From Rhodosorus marinus CCMP1338 (Eukaryota > Plantae > Rhodophyta): 64,000 bases of DNA. Positions 1 through 17,047 of this stretch are shown here, piece after piece. Every line of letters starts with the position of its first letter. Within the stretch, counting starts at the first letter, position 1. The position numbers were made by a program, and so were the translations under genes. Location of the stretch: contig JAMWBK010000012.1 in assembly GCA_029953675.1 (NCBI GenBank), positions 806,001 through 870,000 of the forward strand. Direction: 5' to 3'. Below the pieces are notes generated by a model. The model was not told where the DNA came from and searched no databases. It saw only the letters and a program-made list of their open reading frames with translations.

Positions 1-81
1 AAGCGCGAAAAAAGGGTTTTTCCCTTTCCCAGCGACAGAACAGTACTTGAGCACTACCATGAACTATATCATTAGGCGCAA

Positions 82-98
82 GGGGGGGGGGGGAGGGG
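82..98 (+). other. G-run (G12-A-G4) immediately upstream of the ALG10 start
   Basis: Seen directly; one of several poly-G tracts in intergenic DNA. Function unknown. Confidence 0.5.
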
Positions 99-115
99 CA
101 ACCCGCAAAGGCTAA

Positions 116-1950
116 ATGGCGCTGGAAGTACTTTCAAGGGAAGCTCTGGAAGGGAAATATATGGGGATCCGGATACATCTTCTACTGTGTCCACTTGTGT
201 TCATTCTGCAAGGATGGATCAACCTTCGACAACCCGAGCCGTACATGGACGAGCTGTTTCACATCCCTCAGGCTCAGGCGTTCTGCAGCTGGAACTGGAG
301 CTACGATGGCAATATCACGACTCCTCCAGGCGCTTATCTTCCGGTGGCAATGATCGGCTTTGCGATTAAGCAGGTTAATCCTGAAGCTGGTGAATGGGTA
401 AGCGCTCAACGACAGTCCAGTCTACCTCAGAGCTCAAACTAATGTGCTAGTGGGTTTGTCGCGTCGCGGAAGGTATGCTCCACAGCCGGTCTCCGGCTCT
501 GGAATATGTTCCTCTGGATTCTGCTCGTTGAGCAGTTGATCCTGCGAACGAAATCTGAAGCTACGGCGATCGCTCTCGCGCTCCACCCAGTCCTGTTGTT
601 CTACTCCGCCCTGTTCTACACCGACCTGACGTCGCTACTGCTGTGCCTGACGGCCTGGGAGCTGTCGAGGAGAGAGAAACACGGCTACTCTGCACTCTTC
701 AGCGCAGCCGCAACGCTGACGAGACAGAGTTCAGCGCTGTGGCACTTCTTCATTGCCGCAGAAGGAGCTTGTTGCATCGCATATAGTAAGGATCTGCCAA
801 ACCACAGTACCTAACCATCGTCCAAGGCTGAAAACTGGCCATTGTCTTGAACAGATAATCCAACTGTTCGCTCGGAGTTCGGTTTCGACTACAAGTCGTT
901 GCTTGGGGTCCTTCAGCGTCAACGCAGGTCTATTGCAGTGAATCTGTGGCCGCATATCGTCGTCGGTGTTGGCTATCCTATCGCAGCATTGGTCAACGGG
1001 GGTATCATGGTACGCCGCTAGTCGCGGTCGCGATGCAGAAGGCAACCCGAAAGGCTAGCTTTTGTTTCTAAATCGATCGGTTTACGTTCCTCTTGAAAAA
1101 GGTTGGCGATCAGGATCGACACGAAATGGTTCTGCACTTCCCGATGGTGGCCTACTTTGCTGTTTACTGGGTAGCGTTCACGACGCCGCTTCTCGGCTTC
1201 CTAAACCGCTATCACAGGTGCCTTAGAGAGCCCGTTGTGATGTCCTCCTTAATTTCCTTCCTGTTCCTCGCGTTCCTCAGCGCGATGTCCCTGTACTGCT
1301 GTTTCTACGTCCACCCGTTCGTCCTGGCGGATAACAGGCACTTCGTTTTCTACATCTATCGGGTACGTGACCTCGATGACAAGGCTCGTGTGCCTGTGGA
1401 TGAGGATGTGCCTGACCATCTGCCGGTCGTCCTTCCCACAGAAAATTTTGCTGAGAAGCAGTTGGTCAAAGTACGTCATGGTTCCGTTCATAGCGGTCAG
1501 TTCATCCTGTTTACTTCGGGACCTACAGATCGATACCTTTCGCATTGTACAAGACTTGTTTCCCGTCGTGGATGTGGCAGAGGTTCCAGCTGTTCCGAGA
1601 CGTAGAACTGCAGTACGGATGGTCTTTATCTTGACGCTGATTCTGGTTCTGGTTCCTTCAGGTTTGTCTTGAGAAGACCATTTCTCACAACGCGCTTCGT
1701 GGCTCGCTAAGCTTTCCCTGCAAACTATTCAGGACTAGTAGAGCCGCGGTATTTTATCACGCCTTTCATCTTCGGATCGCTTCTCGCCCTCGAAAGCGCA
1801 GACCAAGCAGAGCTCTTCGTCAAGAGCGCGGTTGCCGTGTCCGTGATGATCAGTGGAGCACTCTTCTACGTCTTCTTGGAGATGCCTTTCGATCGCGTGC
1901 TGGACGCTCACATGCCGAACGATCTGTCACCCGGACGATTCATGATCTGA
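116..1950 (+). CDS. ALG10: Dol-P-Glc alpha-1,2-glucosyltransferase (DIE2/ALG10 family), multi-exon
   Basis: Family motifs [41 protein letters not shown] and EPRYFITPF. First intron 398-450 (gtaagc...ctaat...tag). Last exon ends GRFMI-TGA at 1950. Start could be ATG 116 or 161. Confidence 0.93.
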
Positions 1951-2100
1951 GAGATAGAACCCGATCCTAGAGTACATTTGAAGCTTCGCTTCCACTTGCT
2001 GGAGCAGTCTGTCCAGAAAACCGTTCGTTGGGCTCTTTGATATGGCGAGATGGGGCCACGTTCCCCCTTTCCGCACTGGGGAGGTTGCTGTGATCGGAGC

Positions 2101-3297
2101 TCATGCCGAGGTTTCTGGTACTGTCCTCATGAAAGCCCCTGTGGCCCCATGAATTACTGCCTCAGCGTCCTCGATCTCGATGATGTATCCAACTGACGCT
2201 TCCGAACGGATGTATGATTGAAAGCAGCTTATCCCATGAATCCGCGATGGGTGGTCTTCTAGGTCGAGGTGGTCGCGTGAATCTCGCGCTTGGCTGGTGT
2301 TCTTTAAGTCTTTGAGCACCCTGCTCACGGTACGGATCTTCCTCGAGTAAGAATCGTCAACGACGACCAAATGTGAGAGTCCAACTTGCGTAAGCAGCAT
2401 CAAGACCGATGAGGATGTCAACAGGTTCCCATGAAACACAGGCTCTTCAAGGACTTCCGGCCGATTTTCGAGGCTCCCAACGGCGATGTAACTCCGCAGA
2501 AATTCCATGACGTCAGCATCGGCAAGGGTGAACGTGAACGACGGGAGCAGCTTGGCAGTTGGTGATGTCCCGCACAGGTCTTGCATCACATGGAGAAGAG
2601 AAGGGTTGTTGATAGTCATCTTGAACATAGAACGTTTCCCTTTGATCTTTGTCCGCGTTCCGGGAGCGAAGATCTGAAGGTCCTTCGCTAAGCTATTCAG
2701 CTGGTGCTGATCGTTTTCAAGAATCGACAAGCCGTTCTCGAGGTCAGTGGCCGCTTTATAGTGCATCTTGGCAACGTACGTTGCGCAAAACCGGAGGAAT
2801 GCCTTCAATTCCTTGGACTCGGAAGAGTAAATCCTTTGGATCCTCATCTCTGGGCAAGTGTTGTCGAAGATGACGTCAGGTTCGATCATACGCTCCTGAA
2901 CAGTGGCGCCGTCAAACGGATCTCTGCCGTGGATGTTTAAATCAACTAGCTCAGAAACCTCACGGGGGTAAATTTCGTCATAAATGACTTTCATGTTCCC
3001 AGGCACGGGCTTTCGGAAATCCAGGCTGCCTCTTCCCGCCGTGACTCTCCCCCTGCTCGTATTTAGCGCTTGGAACTCGACCGGTCCTTCAATCCTTCTC
3101 AAATTGTGGATCTTCCTCCACGAGACGTATTCATCACCAACCAACGCCAACGTGCTCAGCATGGTGGCCTTCTTCTTCCATAAGACTTCCGGAGTGGCTG
3201 CCTGAACCTGGCCCGAGCTGTTCCTTACGAGTATCACGCTCCGAGCAGGAAGCAACAGCGACCCGGACGTGCCTAGCAAAGTCTTTGCTTTCATCAT
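2101..3297 (-). CDS. Free-standing intein-like protein: degenerate Hint domain with an embedded degenerate LAGLIDADG (DOD) endonuclease, no exteins
   Basis: Intronless 398-aa ORF. Block A-like SLLLPARSVILVRNSSGQVQAATPEVLW; block B region WRKIHNLRR...ALNTSRGRVTAGRGSL; DOD-like FLRFCATYVAKM, DLCGTSPTAKLLPSFTF, EFLRSYIAVGS and TSSSVLMLLTQVGL; block F/G-like GYIIEIEDAEAVIHGATGAFMRT. Motifs matched by eye only. Confidence 0.75.
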   Translation of the reverse strand: MMKAKTLLGTSGSLLLPARSVILVRNSSGQVQAATPEVLWKKKATMLSTLALVGDEYVSWRKIHNLRRIEGPVEFQALNTSRGRVTAGRGSLDFRKPVPGNMKVIYDEIYPREVSELVDLNIHGRDPFDGATVQERMIEPDVIFDNTCPEMRIQRIYSSESKELKAFLRFCATYVAKMHYKAATDLENGLSILENDQHQLNSLAKDLQIFAPGTRTKIKGKRSMFKMTINNPSLLHVMQDLCGTSPTAKLLPSFTFTLADADVMEFLRSYIAVGSLENRPEVLEEPVFHGNLLTSSSVLMLLTQVGLSHLVVVDDSYSRKIRTVSRVLKDLKNTSQARDSRDHLDLEDHPSRIHGISCFQSYIRSEASVGYIIEIEDAEAVIHGATGAFMRTVPETSA

Positions 3298-3416
3298 GAT
3301 TTCCCCGAAACCTCAGAATGTCGACGTCTTCTGTTCTGAGCGCTCAATAGTACGCAGAGTCCTTTCCTCCTTCAGAGCATACTCAACTTCTTCACGTCAT
3401 AGCTCTGTGATGAGCT

Positions 3417-3698
3417 TCACACATCGGGCAAGCGTCCCCGATCATAAACGGACGAGAGTCGCCATCTTGGTACACCGAGGACAGACGTCCGCTGCAGCAT
3501 CAGGATGTTGGAGCAGGTCGGGTCTATCTTAAACGTCTGCGAACACTCCCAGCATATTTCTTTCATTGTCAGGTAATGCCCACCATCTACGATCTCCTCT
3601 TTGGGATGGACACCTGCAAAATCTGAGATAGACTCCAAGCCGACCAGTCCAGCACTTGCGTGACCCAGAACGTGCAAACTAAAGTTTTTCATATGCAT
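3417..3698 (-). CDS. Unassigned Cys-pair-containing coding fragment(s) upstream of the intein-like ORF
   Basis: ORF contains CWEC. Removing a putative 43-nt GT-AG intron (3492-3534) puts a downstream CPMC in frame. Confidence 0.3.
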   Translation of the reverse strand: MHMKNFSLHVLGHASAGLVGLESISDFAGVHPKEEIVDGGHYLTMKEICWECSQTFKIDPTCSNILMLQRTSVLGVPRWRLSSVYDRGRLPDV

Positions 3699-4640
3699 AG
3701 AGCACTCTTGAACGTTGGTGAAGGACGAAATCTCTGTCCATACGTCACCCGATCCGTATTAGCCTCCCATCGCAACTCCCCCAAGAATTTGCTAAGCACT
3801 GAAGTCGGTGTCAGCAATCAATCACATATACTGTAAAATTTTGTATCATTAATTTTCAATAATACATTATAAATTAGTATGTATGATATATTTTTATAGT
3901 ATAAACGGTACAAGTTTCCAGAAACGATCGACCCATCGCTGACCGAGGGTCAAAGATTGTGAACCGCTTGATAGATTATCATGTCACGAGCTTTTTGAAA
4001 GCTTACAGATAAAACCTGACTCGGAGCCGTATGAGGTTCTTTTCCTCCTATCTCTTTTACAGACCCCCCCTCCGAGGGTCCGTGGGTTTGAATCAAGGCG
4101 CTGGTTGATACGGAAAGGTCCTCCAAAATGTCGCACGCTTTGGCAATGAGACTGGAACCCACGGTTTTGGAGTGGATCGATTGCACAGGGTGGGTCTAGG
4201 TTCATCAAGGAGGAATCTGAGATTCGTACGGAACACGGCTGTCCCTAGGCTTGCGAAACCCGGACTTTGGAAACAGTGGACAGCAACATTGAGGATCTTT
4301 AAAGTCCTCTTAAAACAGAATCCAACTTTCAAACGCACCCTGTGATTCAATCTAGTCGTACAGGTACGATTCTCCATATGTCGAACCTCTGTCCTAGTCC
4401 CACGGCCAGGAAGGCCCTGGCTGGCGTTGTCAGCACGAGAATAATCCTGAAATCGAGTCTGGACCGCTGCACAGCACTTCCTATAGATTGTGAAGTTTTT
4501 TTGCTGCCAAGGCAATGCACCTACCCACCGTCATGAAAAACCCAGACGCAACCATGTCGATGTCCTCCGTGAAAGGCTGAGGAGCTAGGGTGGGAGATGA
4601 TTCCAGAGTCTCAGCTGTGGCTCGCAGGGGCGACGACGAG

Positions 4641-5883
4641 ATGGATTCCTTTTCCTTCTTCTACGGATTTTTCATACTCCTATGGGACTTTTTGACACAA
4701 AAGTTTGTGTTCTCGAGGAAGCGATCGCCGGTAGTTGAGCTGCAGGTCAATTCTGGGCTAGAGGGAAAGGTTGCGGTGGTCACCGGTGGGAACTCTGGGA
4801 TTGGCCTCGAAACTGTGCGTTTACTCGCCTGTGCTGGCGCGAAGGTTATCCTCAGTACGTCATCCGATCTGTTTCACCGTCCGTTCCCGAGCATGTGTTT
4901 GATTGTTTGGTTGGATGTACCTTTCTGTAGCGTGCAGGTCACGGGAAAGGGGACAACAGGCGGTGCGATCGATAGGGCCGGTCAAGCCTGGTTCAATAGA
5001 GATCAGAATTCTCGATACAAGCTCGCTCGAATCTGTTCGAGAATTTGCACAAGGATTGCGATCATCTCTGGCCAGCTTGGATGTCTTGGTCCTGAACGCG
5101 GGAGCAATGAGACTTCCATACGGACCAGCGCATCCAGGATCGTTTCCTGAACCCCATTTTGCCACTAATCATCTCGGGCACTTCTTGCTTACCTTGTTGC
5201 TCATCCCGTTGCTCCTTAAGGCTCCATCCGCCAGAGTTGTCGCCGTGAGCTCGATCAGTACGTCGTAAGATCATCAAAGTGCTGAGAATTGTGGGAGTCG
5301 AAGCTCAACGAGGAAGACCGGATCTTTTGCAACTAGGTTTCGTCCTGCATGATCTTGATCTAGATGATCTTGAGTTTAGGAAGCGTCCGTACAACCCAGA
5401 GACTGCGTACGCGAACAGCAAGATGTGTAACATTCTGTTCGCTAGGGAATTAGCCAAGAGGCTAGGAACAGGAAGCACTATCTGTTCTAGTGCAGTACAC
5501 CCAGGCGATATCGTCACGGAAATCTCGAAGAACATGGGAAAGTTCCTTGCGTTCGGGCACAGATATGTCGTCGGACCGATGCTCATCAAGCTCGAGAAAG
5601 GAGCTTGGACACAAGTTTACGCAGCTGTGCACCCGGATATGGAAGGTAGCTTGTGAATGGCCTTCCCAAACGAGAGAGGAAACACTCAAAAAGGCCTTTC
5701 TTATAATGCGTCTTTCACTTGGCACCAGGAGTCACGGGTAGGCTACTCTGGAGAGTTGACGAGACGATTCCCTTTGAAGAGAAACCTTTAGAGAGACTAG
5801 AACCGGACTGCCAGTCCAGACTATGGGACATCTGCCTCGATCTCTGCTCTGCAACTGACGCAGAGAAAGCGATGCTGCCGTGA
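4641..5883 (+). CDS. Short-chain dehydrogenase/reductase (RDH11/12-like classical SDR), multi-exon
   Basis: VAVVTGGNSGIGLETVR (TGxxxGIG), LDVLVLNAG, HFATNHLGHFLLT, YANSK (YxxxK) and VHPGDIVT. Probable last exon ends at TGA 5883. Confidence 0.92.
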
Positions 5884-6694
5884 CATCAAGTCGAGCTGGA
5901 AGGTGGGGAATACATAAAAAAACCCAGGTTAGCTTTGGTCGCCTTTATTAACAACGCAAAGGTTTCCTCAACAATCCATCAGAATCGAACTTCACATCAA
6001 GTAGCAGTCACACTGCTCCCTACCTTATCCAAAGGGCTCCACACCGCGCCTCATCCTGCGTCTACCTCCTTCAACTCCAAAAACATTGACTGATCTCAAT
6101 ACTAAAGACTGAAACCAATCTAAATCTGGAGGGTGCTTTTAGCGGGAGATGCTTTAATTGGTTAAAAGTTTTTCTATAGAAAACATGAAGTGATCCTAAG
6201 ATGCCTGGGCCAGAAATTTGGCCGATGATACCTTGAGCTGAAAAAATGAAAATATATTAAAGGGTTTTGGTCGGAGTGGAGTTTCCTCCATTGAAAAACC
6301 AGTTGGTCGCATACTAAAAAGGAGCTTTTTCGGAGTAAAAGAAAAGGGATTGGGGAGGTTGGAGAGGGTTGGGAAGGGAGGTTTGGGGGGGATATTGGAT
6401 GGAAGAGGCGTTTGAGGAAGACGTTGAGTGTTAATTAGTCAAAGGATTGCTAGATAAATGGTTAATAATCCCGACGATGGATTTTGATGTTGCTTCTGGT
6501 TCCGCTTTCGATGTCTTTCGGTCCTTAGCGTGACGAGTTTTGGAGCAGCACTTGGCAGGTTCTCTGTTTGAACTGATGTTCTTCGAATTCTGTGCAGCTT
6601 CTTGAAGGTGAAGAGGAAGGTTGAATTGCTTTGCTTTTGATATGGATCAGCTTGTAGTAGTTTTTAAGGGACTGGCTCGTCTGTGGAGGCTCAA

Positions 6695-11617
<4,923 letters not shown>

Positions 11618-14600
11618 GAGCTAGATAATAATGTGAATTAAATGTACTAACTTATTTGGCAGGCACCAGGGCAGTCTCAGGCTGACAAGGGGTAGAGCAG
11701 GGTACGTAGTAGCTTGAGGGGGTTCAGTCCACTACGCAAATTCCTCGGGGATGCAGACGACTGAAGAATGCAGAACGTATGCTTCTCCTTGTGATACGGT
11801 TTGGTCAATCCTTGTGGACAGGACTCAATCACGAGATTTAACTCAGGATAAATCTGGCGGTGCAGGGTTTTAATGGGGGGCCGGCTTTCTGCCACAAGGG
11901 AGTTTGAGGACAGGATGAGAAACTTATTCACGATTCGCGTCATCCCTCGAACACATAACAAGTCCAGTTAGGTGTTTTTGTTCCTTGTGGGTGAGATCTG
12001 AAATCATTCACGATGGAGCCCCTAAAAGCCAACTACCGTAAGAGCGTCTCACCCCCACCAACAAACAGGCATAAGCTGGAATAGTTTTCGATGTCTCAGT
12101 TGTGAATGCTTGGATATGATGGTCAACCGAATTCAGATATTCAGCTCAAGATTGAATTCTGATCAGTCAACGGACAGCAGATTGATTGAGTCAACGGTTG
12201 TCCGTAGCCGGTGGATAAGGGCTTCAAAACTTGCAAATGTTTGAAGCCACATGTTTGTCAGCACAAACCCGCTGAAAACCGGCCTTTCAGCGGATCCTTC
12301 CTCTTTGGATCTGTCAGTAAAACGTGAAAAACAATGATCGAGGTGATTTTGTTTGCACTTTTGAGCCTGACTGAAGGGTTACAGCCAAAGCTGTGCTGTG
12401 CAGGAGGAACGTTCCGAACAGAATGGGTCTAAAGGCTAGATGAAGAGGCGTAGACCTGGAGTTGAACAAAGATCCCCAAAGACTGCCAACTTTACTCAGC
12501 ATATGAGAATGGATTGGACCAAGGCTCCTCGGGGACAGGTGCTGGTGAGGACTCTTAGCTGTTATCTATGCAGATATCAGAACCGATCTGTGGCTCGTTG
12601 AGAAGATCAATTCACAACAAGATCTCCACGTCCCCAACGTCCGCGTTTCGTTCTTGGTGATCCTCGTAATGGCCAGCTTGGCATCCGCAGTCAGCTTTCC
12701 CCTCCCGAAATGCCATTCGTGTAGAGCGCCTCGCAATCCATCCTAGATCAGAAATCGTTAAAGTCGAATTCACACTGAAGCCGTTTTATTGGATACTTAG
12801 TACACTTGTCCATTCTCAATTCGCAAAACAAAGCCTAATTAACTCACTACCTCCCAAAAAACAAAGATTCTAAACATAGTTAATAAATACTTCAACAAAA
12901 CTCCATAAATACACCAATCAAATCATCTTAGCACCAACACTACCAAAATTAATATAAAAACGAACCAACGACAACAAAAAAATTGGACACCTAGTAGTCC
13001 CCAAAATTCTGTCGAAATAAATGGCCCTATTGTTCATCCACAAGTTAACTAAATTCAACATTTCTGTCCCTCAGTTCCCCCCCCCCAAAAAGGCTCCAGG
13101 CAATGTACCTAAATACATCTGTATTTAGGCAAGCTGCCTTTTGAAAATAATTGTTATTCAATAGCTGACGTGGTTCGGGATGCCCAATCGGGCGTAAATC
13201 AAACGGGTTGAACAGACCATAGGCAAAAATCATTTTCTAAATATAATTACTCCCTAAATTCCAATTTTTCTCTTTGGCGCCTGTCCACGTCTCCCGCGTT
13301 TTCCTATGTTTTTTCGAAGGCGGGATTTTTGCTCTTGTATGGTGTCCCAATAGTACATTTGTTTTCGAGAGGAAAGCTAAATATCAGAAACATTTACAGT
13401 CACGCAAATCGGTTTTCTTCACTGTCACAGTTTCGGCGGTTTTTTTAGTAAACAGACTTTTCCCCGACAAAACTCACTAACAGTTTGGATATACACCTTG
13501 ACACGTGTTTTTATTAATTCCCATGGAGGAAGGGGGGGTATAGTTTTCAACAACAATTTAAAATTTGAATTACCGCGAGAAAACTTACGGGTCCATTGTT
13601 CACCAAACGCACGATAATATGAGCTTTTCATATACTTTTCAAAGGATATGAACTTTTTTTGGAGCTCAAGCAAATGTAGCATCGCAGGGGGGGTAAGCTT
13701 TCTTTCTTGATCAAAGAGAAAGTAAACGATGGCCCGTTTTCGGGGTGGGCGGAGTGTGAAGAAGGGGCGGGGGGGGGAGGGAATTGGTCTGATATAAATA
13801 TTGTCTCGCGCGGGAAATATAATTCATAGTTGTAGTTGCCTTGTTTGGCAGCCCCGTGCTGTCCAAACTGGCCAGCACTACTCCTTTCAAAATCCCCTAA
13901 TTATAATCTAAAATTTAATATCTTCTGAGAAGGTTATCGGAAGAGTGCGTAGTAGACCCCCCTCTCCAGTGTTTCTACTTCCTCCATACATTCCCTGTCA
14001 AAATCAAAATTTAGCTGGCGCCCAAACCCAACAAAAACAATAAAAACAACTATACATTTAACCGGTACAATCGATAAACCTTATAAAATACAACCATATG
14101 ATTCTTCTATATCCAATGATGAGCCTCATCGAGATATTGTCAGAAAATATAACTAATGAACTATATACACGCGTCCTAAAGGCAATCAAGAGGCCACTGA
14201 CTACTCTCAGTTTCCTTGCGCTTCCTTAAAAGAACCTTTATTCAAGTTTTCAAAACGGTAACAAAGAAACGCCGCAAGCCCATGCTTTGCAAGAGCGCAC
14301 AGGCTTAACAGCGACTACTACTACACAACACAAAGGAAGCCGCTGGGAGAGAGGGAGAGGGGGGGGGAAAGAGGAGGAAAGAATTCCCAGAGTCACCCAC
14401 TGGAAAAAATTTTACCGGGGTAAAAGTGTTCACTAATAATTCCCAAATAGAGTATAAAATTCTATTATACATGAAAAATAGTTTACTTACCCCCCCTACG
14501 GATCTTCAATTGTTAGAAAGCAAGATTTGTAAAACTAGGGTGGGGGATAAATAGCTGGAGATTGGGTTGTCAAAAGTCTGACAGGAAACATATCAATTAA

Positions 14601-14929
14601 ATCTGTATGGATCTGTGAGGGTGGGAAGAACATTTGCCAACCTGGTGCGGTGGGAGTGATTTAATGTATACAGAAGAGGGGTAGGGTTACGTTCGTAATA
14701 GTTTGATGTTTTGTGTATTTGAGGTGGGGTTAGATATTTTTGGTTGTGATGGATATTTTCTATCCGGGGGTTATTTATGGTGACATGGCCGGAGTTGGTG
14801 TTTAGTATTTATAGACGTTGTTGAGGGCAGGGAAAGGGGAGGATTGGGGGTGAGTGGGGGGTGCGTTGGGAGGTGATTGGTATAGAGAGTGAGTAGATTT
14901 TGTAGGTTTTTGTTGTTGTTGAGGGAAAG

Positions 14930-16051
14930 ATGTCGAAGCCGGCTGTGGTTGTTGATAACGGATCTGGGCGATGCAAGTGCGGTGTCGCCGGGGAGGACTC
15001 CCCGAAGGCTGTGTTCCCGGCTGTGATCGGTGTGCCGAAGCAGAAGGGAATCATGGTCGGAGCTGGTCAGAAGGATGACTACGTCGGCGATGCCGCCCAG
15101 GCCCGACGTGGTGTGCTGATCATCAAGTATCCGCTCGAGCATGGAATCGTCACCAACTGGGATGATATGGAAAAGATCTGGCACCATGCCTACTACAACG
15201 AGCTCCGTGTCGATCCGTCAGAGCACCCGACTCTTCTTACTGAGGCCCCGCTTAACCCGAAGGCAAACAGGGAGCGCATGACCCAGATCTTGTTCGAGTC
15301 CTTCAATATCCCTGCCTTCTACGTCGCGATCCAGGCCGTCCTTTCCCTTTACGCATCTGGACGTACCTCGGGTATCGTTATTGACTCCGGAGATGGTGTT
15401 ACCCATACCGTGCCCATCTACGAGGGATACTCTCTGCCCCATGCTGTCACGCGTATTGATCTGGCTGGACGTGACCTGACTGGCTGGATGGCCAAGCTTC
15501 TTATGCAGAGCGGATTCTCCTTCACCACATCGGCCGAGCTCGAAATTGTGCGTGACATCAAGCAGCAGCTTTGCTACGTCGCTGAGAACTACGAGGCGGA
15601 GCTCAACGCTGGAAACAGCAACCCGGCCCTGGAGAAGGAGTACGAGCTCCCAGACGGACAGGTCATCACTGTTGGCACCGAGCGATTCCAGTGCCCTGAG
15701 GCCCTCTTCAAGCCGGACATGCTGGGTGTTGAAATGACCGGCATGCACAACACTTGCTTCAACTCGATCATGAGGTGTGATATTGATATCCGTAAGGACC
15801 TGTACAACAACATTGTCATGTCCGGTGGATCCACCATGTTCGCGGGTATCGCCAACAGAGTGCAGAAGGAGATGGAGACCCTTGCTCCGGCCTCGATGAA
15901 GATCAAGACTATTGCCCCGCCAGAGCGACAGTACTCTGTATGGATTGGAGGATCAATCCTCGCGTCTCTCTCGACCTTCCAGCAGATGTGGGTGTCGAAG
16001 AGCGAGTACGATGAGATGGGCCCGTCCGTTGTGCACAGGAAGTGCTTCTAA
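14930..16051 (+). CDS. ACT: Actin, intronless, divergent
   Basis: 373-aa ORF with [42 protein letters not shown] and C-terminal VHRKCF. Confidence 0.99.
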   Translation: MSKPAVVVDNGSGRCKCGVAGEDSPKAVFPAVIGVPKQKGIMVGAGQKDDYVGDAAQARRGVLIIKYPLEHGIVTNWDDMEKIWHHAYYNELRVDPSEHPTLLTEAPLNPKANRERMTQILFESFNIPAFYVAIQAVLSLYASGRTSGIVIDSGDGVTHTVPIYEGYSLPHAVTRIDLAGRDLTGWMAKLLMQSGFSFTTSAELEIVRDIKQQLCYVAENYEAELNAGNSNPALEKEYELPDGQVITVGTERFQCPEALFKPDMLGVEMTGMHNTCFNSIMRCDIDIRKDLYNNIVMSGGSTMFAGIANRVQKEMETLAPASMKIKTIAPPERQYSVWIGGSILASLSTFQQMWVSKSEYDEMGPSVVHRKCF

Positions 16052-17047
16052 GTGTGTTGATCGTGGTGCGGTGGAGCTGAGGAAAATAGAAAACAAGATA
16101 CCAGCCCCTGTCGCTTTGATTAATTTCGTTGGAGAGGAATTTACTTTCGTCTACACAGGCAAATGTTTTCTTTTTTCTCTGTACTTTTTTTGATTTGTTC
16201 TTGTTGGGAAATTGTAGACCCTCACGGATGGGAACTGGAGATAAACCATTGCCGGTTCCTGTTATATAAACGCCCCTCCCCCATTCTTGACTAGGAACTT
16301 CTTAATCAGGTGCTTTCAAAGCCCTACCCTAACTCGTCCGCTGGACAAAGAGCACGGACCCTACGAAATCACATCACCCTTTCCGGCGGAGATCGACGGA
16401 GGGGCTTCCAACAGTGGATTTACAATGTTTCATGTTCTGAATACCGGAAGAAGGCAACGACAGTAGAGATTCGGTGATGATGATGAACAAACTTCAAGAT
16501 CCCTATCCTTTTGGACGCCGACTCCTTTGGGCAGAAGCTACCCTCACCCTCCCTTCCCACACCGCTCGTCACTTTTGGCTTCTCCTCTCCTCCTGACTCT
16601 GCCAGCTTTTCGGGAAGCCGAGGGTTGTTGCGTCTAACCAGGTCTCTCGTCTCACATAATTGATGAAAGCGTCGAAAAGCTGAAGCCCTCGTTAAACCAC
16701 TTCGGAAAAATGGTGTTCCTAGGTAGGCAGTGGTGATGGTCCCTCCCTCAGCGTATGTATAAGCAAGAAGAACCAGGTCCTTGAACGTCCATCTACGAAA
16801 CGGCTATGAACGAAACGGAGAGCTTCGATAATGATGGTAAGGAGCGTTCTTCCATGATATCCGCTTCGGGTTTGCCGAAGACGACAGAATCTTGTCTAGG
16901 AAACCTTAGCTTCCGCGCGTCACTCGGTTCCCCGACTCTCGCAAAGGTTGCGACAGCCCTTTAGGATTTGTTTGAGGCTACAAAAACAATACAGCGTAGA
17001 GCTAGTTGCCAACTCTGTTCTAGGGGGAACTGACGGAGCTCACGGGG

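Noticed and set aside
12714-12741. MDCEALYTN on the minus strand resembling a reverse-transcriptase motif
   Set aside because: The frame closes within a few codons and no other RT motif was found.
14480-14500. ACTTACC resembling the U1 snRNA 5' end
   Set aside because: Lacks the following CTG, the U1 stem-loops and an Sm site; equally explained as a minus-strand splice-donor-like sequence.
15218-15906. Long minus-strand ORFs over actin (similar cases at 20692-21508, 52856-53449 and 59966-60466)
   Set aside because: Antisense shadows of well-supported genes, with no independent motifs.
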